From Chiloscyllium plagiosum (Eukaryota): a DNA stretch of 60,305 nucleotides. The position numbers and the translations under genes were made by a program. Of the stretch, positions 49,207 through 60,305 are shown piece by piece. The notes beneath the pieces were generated by a model that was not told the DNA's origin, did not search any database, and saw only the letters and a list, made by a program, of their open reading frames with translations. Numbering within the stretch: position 1 is the first letter of the stretch; each line of letters opens with the position of its first letter. The stretch spans positions 9,497,013 to 9,557,317 of the forward strand of contig NC_057757.1 of the NCBI RefSeq assembly GCF_004010195.1, written 5' to 3'.

Positions 49207-52200
49207 TGTTAAAGAGTGTGGTGCTGGAAATGCACAGCTGGTCAGGCAGCATCCGAGGGACAGGAGAGTCGAGGAGCGGATACATGGGAACAGAGATGGA
49301 CAGGGAGGACAGTTCAAGAAGGCAGTGCCAAGTTGGAGGGTTAGATCTGAGATAAGGTGGGGGGGAGGGGAGATGAGGAAACTGGTGAACTCGTGTGGTT
49401 GGAGGGTGCCAAGGTGAATTATGAGGTTTTCTTCCTCCGGGCGTCAGGTGGCTAGTATCTGGCAGTGGAGGAGGCACAGTACTTACATGTCCTTGGCGGA
49501 GTGGGAGGGGGAGTTAAAGTGCTCGGCCACAGGACAGTGGGGTTGTTTAGTGTGCGTGTCGCAGAGATGTTTTCTGAAACATTCCGCAAGTTGGCGTCCT
49601 GTCTTCCCAATGTAGAGAGACCTTCTTGCGGTAGCAGGGGAAGGTGCCGGGAGGGGATGGTGGGTAGGTGTGGGGAGTGGATCCAACAAGGGTGTCGCAG
49701 AAGGAATGTTCCCTGAGGAATGCAGATAGGAGTGGGGAGAGAAATATATCTCTTGTGATGGGGTCTGTTTGTAGCTGGTGGGCATGACGGAGAATGATGT
49801 GTTGTATCTGGAGGTTGGTGAGGTGGAAGATGAGGACTGGGGGTGTGGGGGGGGAGGGGTTCTGTCCTTGTTGCAATTGGAGGGGTGGGGGTCAAGGGCG
49901 GAGGTGTGGGAAGTGGATGAGATGTGCTGGAGGGCATCGTTGACCACGTGGGAGGAGAAATTGTGTTTCTTGAAGAAGGGAGCCATCTGGGATTTTCTAT
50001 GGTGGAACTGGTCCTCTTGGGAGCAGATGCAGTGGAGGTGGAGGAATTGGGAATAAGGGATAGCATTTTTACATGAAGAAGGGCGGGAGGAGGTATCATC
50101 CATGTAGCCGTGGGAGTTGGTGGGTTTGAAGTAGATGCTCATGTTGAGTTGATCACCGGAAATGGAGATGGAGAGGTCCAGGAAGGGGAGCGAGGTGTCT
50201 GAGGTGGTCCAGGTGAACTTGAGGTCAGAGTGGAAGGTGTTTGTGAGGTTGATGATTCGTTCAACCTCCTCATGGGAGCACGAGGTGCACCAATATAATC
50301 ATCGATGTAGTGGAGGAAAAGATGGGGAATGGTGCTGGTGTAGCTGCGGAAGATGGACTGTTCCACATACCTGACGAAGAGGCAGGCATAGCTGGGCCCA
50401 TGTGGGTGTCCATGGCTACGAGGATTTAAAGGAGGTATTATTGGGGGTGAGGACCAGTTCAGCCAATCGAATGAGTATGTTGATAGCAGGGTAATGGTTG
50501 GGTCGGTGGGAGAGGAAGAAAGGGAGGGCTTAGAGGCCTTTGTCATGGCAGATGGATGTGCATAGGGACTGGATGTCCATGGTGAAGATGAGGCATTGGA
50601 AGCTGGGGAACCGAAAGTCATGGAGGAGGTGGAGGGCGTAGATAGTGTCTCAAATGTATGTGAGGCTATCCTGGATGAAGCGGGAAAGCACGGTTTCAAG
50701 ATATGCAGAGATAGGTTTGCTGGGGCAGGAGCATGTGGAGACGATTGGTTGACTGGGGCAGTCAGGTTTGCGCATTTTGTGTAAGAGGTAGAACTGGGTG
50801 GTGCAGGGATCCCGGATTATGAGGTTGGAGGCTGTTGGCGGGCGATCCCCTGAGGTGATGAGGTTGTGAATGGTCTGGGAGAGGATCGTTTGGTGATGGG
50901 TGGTGAGGTCGTGGTCGGGGGGGGAGGGCACAATAGGAGGACGTGTTCGTGAGTTGGCGCCTCTCTCCAGCGGTGTTGAGGTCGGTGGGCCAAACTACCA
51001 CAGCGCCCTTGTCTGCTGATTTGATGGTGAGGTTGGGGTTGGAGTGGAGGGAGTGGAGGGCTGCACGTTGTGAGGGCAAGAGGTTGGAGTGGGGGAGGGG
51101 TGTGGACAGGTTGAGGTGGTCAATGTCACGGCGGCAGTTGGAAATGAAGAGATTGAGGGCAGGTAACAGACCAGCACGTTCAATGTAGCAACGCGTGTTG
51201 AATTCATTGAGCCGGGAGCACAGTGGGATGAAGGTGAGGCCTTTACTGAGGACTGATCATTTATCCTCAGTGAGGGGGAGGTCTGGGGGGGATGGTAAAA
51301 CATGGCAGGGCTGGGAGCTGGGACCTGGTGTGGGGCTGGAGTTGGGAGTAGGGGCGGACACTGTCTCTCAAGTGGTTGTGCTTATGATATCATCGGCGTC
51401 ATCACCAACAGAAGTGCCACACACCATAGGGATCATGTGGGTGGAAGCGGTACATTCGGTGGCATCCATGGGGCCTAAGTGACGTTGTGCGTGACATTCG
51501 TGATATCTTCGGCAGTGGCTGCGTGTTCATTGGCGGTGTTCCAGTGAGTGACGTTGGAAGTTGCTGAGATGGTGGTAACTGCAGGGGTGGAAGTGACATG
51601 CTGGGTAGACTTTGCGGTGGTTTCGGCGTCAGTGGTTCTTGCATCACTCACGGAGGTGATTTTCCTGCACCTCCACACGTCATCTACTGTGTCCGTTGCT
51701 TCCGATGTGGTCTCCTCTACATTGGGGAGACAGGACGCCAACTTGTGGAACGTTTCAGAGAATATCCCTGGGACACATGCACTAAACAACCCCACTACCC
51801 AATAGCCGACCACTTCAACTCCCCCTCCCACTCCACCAAGGACATCTAAGTCCTGGCCACCTCCACTGCCAGATACTAGCTACCCGATGCCGGGAAGAAC
51901 AATGCCTCATCTTCTGCCTTGAGAACTTCCAACCGCATGAGATCAATGTTGATTTCACCAGTTTACTCATCTCTCCTCCCCCCCCACCTTATCCCAGATT
52001 CAACCCTCCAACTTGGTACTGCCCTCTTGAACTGTCCATCTTCTTCCCCACCTATCCGCTCCACCCTCGACTCCGACCTATCACCATCACCCCACCTTCA
52101 TCTACCTATCGCATTACCAGCTACACACCCTCCAGCCCTACACTGCCCTTCCCATTTATATCTCAGCCTCCTTGGGCCTCCCCCTCATATTCCTGATGAA

Positions 52201-52322
52201 GGGCTTATGTCCAAAATGTTGATTCTCCTGCCCCTCAGATGCTGTCTGACCGGCTGTGCTTTTCCAGCACCACACTTTTTAACTCTGATCTCCAGCATCT
52301 GCAATTCTCACCTTGCTCCCAG
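49207..52322 (-). mobile_element. Large PLE (RT and GIY-YIG, frameshifted) with an inverted copy of its 3' end at about 51650-52322 (+)
   Basis: LTIKSADKG, FYLLHKMRKP..PIVS, GPSYACLF..FLHYIDD, SIYFKPTNSH..KNAIPYSQF and LYIGKTGRQL; TSD ttgatgggc(t/c)gaatg at 49192-49206 and 52323-52337. Confidence 0.92.
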
Positions 52323-52879
52323 TTGATGGGCCGAATGGCCTAATTTATGCTCCAATGTCTTACGGTCTTATGGCCTTAGCTCCACCTCTCGTTTACTCCT
52401 TACTCCTTACCCTCACCTATCTTCTGTATTAAAAAAAAATTATCCTAGTTGCCATCAGTTCTGAAAAAGAGTTACTGGACCTGAAATGTTAATTTTGATT
52501 TCTCTCCACAGATGGTGCTGGACCTGCTGAGTTTTCCCAAAAATGTCTGTTTTGTTTGTGAGAGGAATATTTAATCTGGGTTATCTGAACATAATCCACA
52601 GCATACTGTCACACCTCTCAAACCTCCAGGCTTCAACATAAGGCTCATTGCTATTTCCGGCTTTACGTTCAAGCAGAACTCTATACCTGTAGTGCATAGT
52701 ATCAATACTGTCACATATTCGAGCACATGAATGCAACACACTGTAATGAGTGAGCAATATCGCTACTGTCCTTCTTATTGCCTGTTAGTTTAATAACATG
52801 CAAATATTAATCCAGTATCACTGACCTTTGTATTAACCTATCACTGCTGGGAATGTAATGCTGTAGGGATGAATATGTT

Positions 52880-53330
52880 AGTCCAGTGAGCTGGTGCGAT
52901 CATTCATCCATCCACCCACCACCCCCTCGCACCGTCTCCCAGCCTGCCCCCTCTCATCTCCCTCCTCAGCATCAAACTCCATTCCCAACAGCAAATTCGG
53001 TGTCCCTTTCTGTGGAGTATGGGACCAAAAGAAAACTGTAACCATTGATCCCTTTAACTCCAGGAACTGCTGCCTGTTCTCCAAGTGGGTTGAATATTCC
53101 ATTTGATTCTCTCTTTTTGGGCACCAGCAGCTCACAAATGGGTTGGGGGTTAAAGTCATCCTTTACATCCTCCATGTTTCTTGCAGATATAGCTGAAGTG
53201 GAAACTGGTCTTCTCCCTGAGAATATCCTGCCTCTTGTCTCCATGAATCACAACTGTGAGATCAACACACAGCCAGGCTCACACTCCAGGCTGGACTTGG
53301 CAGCAGCTTCATTTGGGAGACTACAAGGTA
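52880..53330 (+). mobile_element. Highly decayed LINE fragment, possibly RTE clade
   Basis: Scattered motifs only (SKFGVP, EIN..RLDLAAASFGRL). Confidence 0.35.
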
Positions 53331-53589
53331 ACCAGGGTAACTGTGCATTTCTGAAAATATCCCCCATCAAGACTGGTTTCAAATGTCAAGGGAGAAAATG
53401 ACTGCATTTATATGGAGTCTTTCACAGCCTCACAATATCACAGCCAATCAGCGACTTTGGAATTAGAGTAATTGTAATAATGTGGAAATCAATGTCCTCA
53501 AGCAGCCATGACATACTGTAGTGCGTTTGTGTGTGTGTGTTTGCATGTGAATGTTTATGTGCATTTGTGTGTGGCTGTGTGTGTAACTG

Positions 53590-53787
53590 AGATGGAAATG
53601 TGTTGCTGGAAAAGCGCAGCAGGTCAGGCAGCATCTAGGGAACAGGAGAATCGACGTTTCGGGCATTAGCCCTTCTTCTGCCCGAAACGTCGATTCTCCT
53701 GTTCCCTAGATGCTGCCTGACCTGCTGCGCTTTTCCAGCAACACATTTCCATCTCTGATCTCCAGCATCTGCAGACCTCACTTTCTC
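53590..53787. mobile_element. Near-perfect palindromic PLE terminal insertion (family A)
   Basis: Arms at about 53590-53665 and 53679-53754; TSD ctgtgtgtgtaactg at 53575-53589 and 53788-53802. Confidence 0.87.
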
Positions 53788-54139
53788 CTGTGTGTGTAAC
53801 TGCATGTGTGTGTGAGACAGTGCGTATGTGACTATGTGTGTGTACCAAGCTATGTACAGCACATGGACTGCAGTGGTTCAAGAAGGCAGTACACCATCAC
53901 CTTCTCAAGGGCAACTAGGGATGGGCAATAAATGCTAACCCAACCAGCACTGTTCATATCCAATGGAAAGATTAACCCTAACCTCAAAGTGCTAATCCTA
54001 ACCAGTAAACCATAACCATAATCATTAAGTTAAATCAATTGTCCTCAACCAACCAACTAACCTTAACCTTGACTGTTCAACCACTGCACCGAACAAACCA
54101 CTAACATCAACCACCAAACCCATCCAATAACCTGGACAT

Positions 54140-54480
54140 ATTAACCTCGCGGCACTAAGCTTAGTTCACATTGTGAACAGCGAATACAGTAAACTAGATT
54201 ATGTGAAGCGCAGAGAAAGCTCTGCTTCACCTGAAGGTTTATTTGGGGTCTTGGATATGAGGAGGGAGGAAGTAAATGGGCTGGTATTACACCTTTTGCA
54301 ACTGCTTCGGAAGGTGATGTGGGGAGGGGTTGAGGCATGGACCAGGGTGTCCTGGAAGGGTTTATAGGGGATTTGGGCCAAATGTTGATAAATGTGACTG
54401 GATTAATTTCGGATATCTGATCGGCGTGGACGAGTTGGACTGAAGGGTCTGTTTCTGTGCTGGATATCTCTATGACCTTG
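54140..54480. mobile_element. PLE GIY-YIG fragment (-) joined to a CR1 tail (+)
   Basis: QSFLCASHNLVYCIRCSQC on the minus strand; CR1 tail at 54340-54480. Confidence 0.7.
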
Positions 54481-55504
54481 GGTTGGCATGGACAGGAAAG
54501 GGAGGGGGTGGGGTGGGGGAGCGTTGTTGGAGGAGTGGGATTGGGGTGTGCCTGAGAGGGATAGGTGTAAATATGGTTTGGCTGCATCTTGCAGTGACAT
54601 TATGGAGCACTCTGTGACTCACACTTTGACACAGAAAATGCTGACCTTTTTTATGGGTAGCATCCAGTTCCATCAATCCTTTTATGAGCACAGAATGAGC
54701 CAAAAACTAAAATGGAGTAGAACAGCCCGGTCTCTGCATCATCTAACTTTGACTAACCTTTGTAGACAGGCATCATGAGGTCGACCTCTTGAGTGCATGC
54801 CCATGAATGTGTGAACCACTTCTTTAAGTGGCCCCAAAAATGGTCCATCAGCTGGCACCTTATTCCCATCTCTCCGTTGGGATGTAGAACGTTGCCCCCC
54901 ACATTAGAGATCTCCTGCCTCTCCTCCCCATCCCAGCCTCTCCCAATTCGCCTGCCATCAGGTCCAGTTTTTATCTGAGGCCCTCTGGAAAGGACAACAG
55001 GGCTAAGGGTAGCAACACTGACCATCAGATTCCACACAATACCAGCTTCAAAGCGCTGTTGGAAGATATCAACAGGACCTGCAGCTTATTAGAGCTAATT
55101 GCTTCCATGCAGCCAAGCCAACAATTTATAAATCATTCCAGTCGCTGTTATGTGTAGCCTGTGTACAATGAACTGGCACCACAAAACACAGGCCTCAATG
55201 TCACTATGGAAACAGTCAGCCTTGTCTTTGACAATCTACATTCCAAGCATCCCTGAGCTGAGTCAGTGACTTTGATTGGAATTGCATTTCTGATTGGGCA
55301 GGTTGCCATGTGGATTTCTCATCTGAAGACCTTGCAGCTAAAGGTTCTTTTCTGACAAAACATTCACTTTGTCTTATGGCCTTCAGGAAATCGAGGGGAG
55401 GTGATGGCCTGACACTGTCAAAAAGTGTGGCACTGGAAAAGCAGGTCAGGCAGCATCCGAGGAGCAGGAGACTCAATGTTTCGGGTGTAATCCCTTCATC
55501 AGGA

Positions 55505-55800
55505 GTGTGTTAATCCAGGTAATGTTCTGCAGACCCATTTTGAATCCCACCATGGCTCAGATGGTGGAATTTGAATTCAATAAAAATCTGGAAACAAGAG
55601 TCTAATGATGACCATGAATCCATTATCAGGAAAATCCCATCTAGTTCACTAATGAAGGAAACTGCCATCCTTACCCGAACTGGCCTATATGTGACTCAAC
55701 ACCCACAACAATGTGGTTGACTCTTAGCTGCCCTCTGGGTAATTAGGGATGGGTAATAAATGCTGACCTAGCCAGTGATGCCCTCATCCCATGAATGGAT
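55505..55800 (+). mobile_element. tRNA-headed SINE (same family as 11455-11790), preceded by a PLE terminus at about 55415-55504
   Basis: tttgaatcccaccatgg head remnant; tail aattagggatgggtaataaatgctg. Confidence 0.7.
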
Positions 55801-55892
55801 AATTTTAAAAAAGGGAGTTTGTGTATCCTTTGACACCAGACCATCATATCTAGTTTAACACAGACATCATTTGTTCTTTGGCCCTTAACTAA

Positions 55893-56062
55893 CACAGAGC
55901 TTAAAAATGTATTGCTGGAAAAGCGCAGCAGGTCAGGCAGCATTGAAGGAACAGGAGAATTGACGTTTCGGGCATAAGCTGATGCTGCCTGACCTGCAGG
56001 GCTTTTCCAGTAACACATTTTTAAGCTCTGATCTCCAGCATCTGCAGTCCTCACTTTCTCCT
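55893..56062. mobile_element. Palindromic PLE terminal insertion
   Basis: TSD ccttaactaa at 55883-55892 and 56063-56072. Confidence 0.82.
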
Positions 56063-56388
56063 CCTTAACTAAGGCACAAAACTTTGGATTAATTGGGAAC
56101 ATTCAGCCCCTTACGCCTGTTACCATTCAGTTACGTTGTCTCTGATCTTTACTATTATTCCATCCTCTACACCAAAAATCCACCAATCTCCACCTTGAAT
56201 GGTCCAAGTAAGGATTCCAGATGTCTACCAGCCTCTGTGCAAAAAGGCTTATCTTGATTTTCTCCTCTCGTCCAATGGCCCAACTTTAATTCAGATGCCA
56301 TCAACAGTTTCTAATGGGCAGCTTTTATTGTTGATTTGTTTAAACAGTAGAAAGGGGATTGGTGAGAGCTGTCTACCCTGACTATTAG

Positions 56389-56506
56389 GTAAAAACAAGG
56401 ACTGCAGATGCTGGAACCCAGAGTCTAGATTAGAGTGGTGCTGGAAAAGCACAGCAGGTCAGGCAGCATCCGAGGAGCAGGAAAATCGACGTTTCGGGCA
56501 AAAGCC
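56389..56506 (-). mobile_element. Short PLE terminus truncated within hammerhead stem II
   Basis: Flanked by ctattag on both sides. Confidence 0.75.
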
Positions 56507-56919
56507 CTATTAGAAAGTGTAGATTAGTTCCACAGATGGGGTTTTCTGAAGATTTGTTTACTCAACTCAATCACTGGTAATCAGTACAAATGAGGAAACA
56601 ATTCGCCTTTACTAATAAACAAGTCAGTCAAATTATTCAATTTTTATTGAATGCCAGCCAAACTTTATAATTCAGGTGTGTGTTTGAAAAATTCCCCTCA
56701 AATACATTTTTGCAGATTTTGATTCTAAAAGATGTTATACCATAACAGGTATCATGGATGACAACAGGTCAATAGCTTCCCTGAAATTCCTGTTTTTTCC
56801 AGTGGATATACACTGAAGGGTATCCTCAATGTGCAGGGCTAGGGGAGGGCATGCAAACAGTGCTGGTCACTGGGCTACAAGAGGGAATATTTCTGAGACA
56901 GGGACCACATGTTTGTATC

Positions 56920-57440
56920 AGAGTGAGAGCAGCAGAATGTGAGTGTCTGAAAGAGGTAGAGAGACAGGATGTGTGTCTGAGAAAGAGAGAGAGAGACAGA
57001 CAGAATGTGAGTCTGAGAGAGGGAGAGACAGAATGTGAGTCTGAGAGAGGGAGAGAGACAGAATGTGAGTCTGAGAGAAGGAGAGAGAGAGAATGTGTGC
57101 GAGAGAGGGTCACAGAAAGTGTGTGTGTGAGAGAGGAAGAGAGATAGAAATGTGTATGTGAGGGAGGGAGAGACACTGAATGTGTGGGAGTGTTTCCTTT
57201 TGAATATGAGAGAATGTGGATACACACACGCACACTCACACAGATATGCACACACATAAACACACACACTCCAACACACACATAAACACACAGACACACA
57301 CAAAGACACACACACAGATACACACACACACTCCAACACACACAGATACACACAACACACAGCCCCACACACGCGCACACATAGGGCCCCCCCATACACA
57401 CTCTCTCTCTCTCTCACACTCACACACACACACACACACA
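56920..57440. repeat. GA/GT compound repeat followed by a (CA)n tract; related block at 57840-57975
   Basis: Recurring gagagagacagaatgtgagtct units. Confidence 0.9.
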
Positions 57441-58689
57441 GCTCCACAGTGCAGTTGCTGCTGCCTCCCTTTAACTGGTGGTCAACCACCTTGTTGAACT
57501 GCTACATGGACAACCAGATGAGGCTGTGGGTGGGGGTTCCTGGATTTTAAATGAAATGGTGTGTGGCTTAGTGGGGAAATTGCTGTAGGCGATGTTCACC
57601 ACATCTGCTGCCCTTGTTCTGCCAAGTCTTTACAAAGGTCTTATGACACTAATCTGAAAGAGATTGGGTGACCTCTGCCTGGTGTTTAGTCTTGGTCACT
57701 GTCTTTATTGCTGGTTGCGGGATCTCAACATATACAAACTGGTTGTCACGTTTCATGATTGTGCACCGTTGACTCCACTTCAAGAAGAATTGATTATCAA
57801 CCATTTTTGGGATGGCTTTTGAAAGGTGCTATCAAAATGAATGTGGTTTGAGAGAGGGAGAGAGACAGAATGCTTGTGTGAGAGAGGGAGAGAGACAGAA
57901 TGCGGGTGTGAGAGAGGGAGAGAGAGAGAGAGAATGTGTGCGTGTGAGAGAGGGAGTGAGAGAGAGAATGTGTGTGTTACATTCCCTGTAGAGGCCTTGC
58001 CTCAGGAAAATGCTGTGCTTATACATAGCCAATAGGTGTCAGTGTAATTAGACTGAAGCCAGGAGAGAGCCTGACGCTGGTGTCATTCCAGAAGCTTATG
58101 TTTGCCAGGGCATCAAAGGATGTTGTAAAGGGAGCAGTGGGAAGATTGTCCAACAATATAAAAAACAAGAGGAAATAGATAAATGGGACAAGACTAGTGT
58201 CAGCAACTTCCCCTCAACAGCAAATACAAGACAATATTGCTATTTTGAGATAAGATCAAAATGTGTTGTGTTTTATTTACACAGAGACAGTAATGGTTCA
58301 ATTACTACTTTCTTCAGTCAAATATAATGTTGCTGCTCGAAAACTAGGGAGTTTGTCAATTACATGTTTTCAGCTTTAGTATCTGAAATGCCAGAGATAG
58401 TCCTTGTTCCCTGGTCTGATGTAGACCACGCAGTCTCACTGCCTGGTCATTTAAATTGCAGGAGTTCAGTCTGGGTACATCAATAACAGTGGCCCATGCA
58501 CAGAAATGGTGTTTTTACGCAGGCAGACTGTACTATTTTTCATTTTGTGTAGTGAGGGAATATTGATGGCTATGACAATGGTGAGGTATTCAAGTACTTT
58601 TGTAATTAAAATCAATTATTCTGTTTCACTCCATTGGGTACTTTAGCAAGCGCTGAAGAGGAGACACTCTCTATCCCCAGTTAGTGACT

Positions 58690-59442
58690 AGTCCATTCAC
58701 AACACTGAGGGATCAGTCCATTCACAACACTGAGGGATCAGTCCATTCACAACACTGAGGGATCAGTCTGTTCACAACACTGAGGGATCAGTCCATTCAT
58801 TACACTGAGGGATCAGTCTGTTCACAACACTGAGGGATCATTTACAACACTGAGGGATCATTTACAACACTGAGGGATCAGTCCATTTACAACACTGAGG
58901 GATCAGTCCATTCACAACACTGAGGGATCAGTCTGTTCACAACACTGAGGGATCATTTACAACACTGAGGGATCAGTCTGTTCACAACACTGAGGGATCA
59001 TTTATAACACTGAGGGATCGGTCCATTTACAACACTGAGGGGTTAGTCCATTCACAAAACTGGGGGATCAGTCCATTCACAACACTGAGGGATCAGTCTG
59101 TTCACAACACTGAGGGATCATTTACAACACTGAGGGATCAGTCCATTTACAACACTGAGGGATCAGTCCATTTACAACACTGAGGGATCAGTCTGTTCAC
59201 AACACTGAGGGATCAGTCTGTTCACAACACTGAGGCATCAGTCCATTTACAACACTGAGGGATCAGTCCATTCACAACACTGAGGGATCAGTCCATTTAC
59301 AACACTGAGGGATCAGTCTGTTCACAACACTGAGGGATCAGTCTGTTCACAACACTGAGGGATTAGTCCATTCACAACATTGAGGGATTAGCCTGTTCAC
59401 AATACTGAGGGATCATTTACAACACTGAGGGATCAGTCCATC
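58690..59442. repeat. 25-bp minisatellite, about 31 units, with 20-bp variant units
   Basis: Consensus agtc(ca/tg)tt(c/t)acaacactgagggatc; short variant atttacaacactgagggatc. Confidence 0.95.
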
Positions 59443-59849
59443 CACGGAGTGATCATTCCATTCAGAAACGTAGGCCATGGGGGGAAGGAGCAGAGTGCCA
59501 CCTGAAGCGAACACAGTGTTTGAACACACAGTTAACTACATCTGCCGGCAGACTCTGTGTGGATTTCCCCCTCCCTCCCTTGGGATTACTGAGGCAGCCT
59601 CTAGTGTCAACAGTGAGGCTGATCCCGAGATAGTACTCCCAGTGGCTTACTGGCCATTCCAAAATGGCCAAAACAAAAATTTCAGAGGTGGTGAGCCTGA
59701 TGGCAGTGGGAAGAGATCTTTGCCCTTGTGACGGTGCCAGCACATTGGGAATTAGGCATGGCACCTTAGTGTTCATCAAAGTGGAGCCATAAGATCACAT
59801 GTTTGAAATCCCTCCACATCCAGGTGTGAATTGATGAATCCTTTTCACA

Positions 59850-60305
59850 GCAGAGAGCGGCGCGAGCTGGGTGGAAGTGAGGTTGGAGCGCAGAGCTGAT
59901 CGGGAAGGTAGGTGATTGATATTTGAGTGGGTGTGTTCTAGACCCCAGGCCCTACATAATAGGGCCTCCCTCCCATCCTCCTCCTCTAACCTAATTTTAA
60001 AGTCCACAGGTAAGCTACTCAGTGTTCTTGTTTTCGGAGACGAGGTGTAGAGTAATGGCAGCGCAGGCAGTGGAATGTTCCTCCTGCAGGATGTTCGAGG
60101 TAGGGGTGACCACCGATACTCCTGCCGACTTCATCTGCAGAAAATGCAGTCAGATCCTGCTCCTCACAGAACGAGTTAGGGAACTGGAACTGCAGTTGGA
60201 TGAACTGAGGATTATTCGAGAGGCTGATAGATAGAAGCTACTGGGACATAGCTAGGCCAGAGAACAGAGGTAGCTGGGTAACAGTTAGAGGTGGGAAGGG
60301 GAGGA
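59850..60305 (+). mobile_element. CR1 LINE 5' UTR and ORF1 start (zinc finger and leucine zipper)
   Basis: MAAQAVECSSCRMF..FICRKC..LLLTERVRELELQLDELR from 60055. Confidence 0.82.

Larger units (their letters stand above)
45016..52375 (+). mobile_element. Decayed CR1 LINE ORF2 carrying several nested insertions
   Basis: GDFN (endonuclease), NYRPISLTSVVGK, SQHGF..GRPC and KFADDTK; the tail is split at 49206/52323. Confidence 0.85.

Noticed and set aside
58690..59442. CRISPR-like array
   Set aside because: Linkers are only 3-8 nt and recur rather than being unique spacers; no cas genes; vertebrate context.
40010..60305. Upstream PALM exons (..KALRERWLL..)
   Set aside because: Searched by eye and not found; they probably lie beyond the window.

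Overview
Vertebrate genomic DNA, most likely a cartilaginous fish (HE1-type SINEs, CR1 LINEs; species not determinable from sequence alone). The only host gene is the 3' half of a minus-strand paralemmin, most likely PALM/paralemmin-1. I reconstruct four phase-compatible exons (40009-39919, 37374-37353, 31403-31335, 13482-12809) ending in the CaaX box CVVM; three of them are not delimited by the ORF track. The rest is mostly mobile DNA: a deleted class I (gamma/epsilon-like) endogenous retrovirus with a perfect tRNA-Pro PBS, a gypsy remnant whose RNase H runs directly into PPT/LTR (Gmr1-like order), many decayed CR1 LINEs, tRNA-derived SINEs, a Tigger-like MITE and tandem repeats. The most striking signal is about 20 Penelope-like element (PLE) insertions from 3-4 families. 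Many are short fold-back palindromes with 10-17 bp target duplications, and several carry minimal hammerhead-ribozyme motifs (CUGANGA-x-stem-GAAACGUC), some on the PALM pre-mRNA strand. PLE hammerheads are a known class; their activity here is untested. No CRISPR array or prokaryotic system is present. Exon, PBS, TSD and ribozyme-core coordinates were counted by hand; TE boundaries are approximate.
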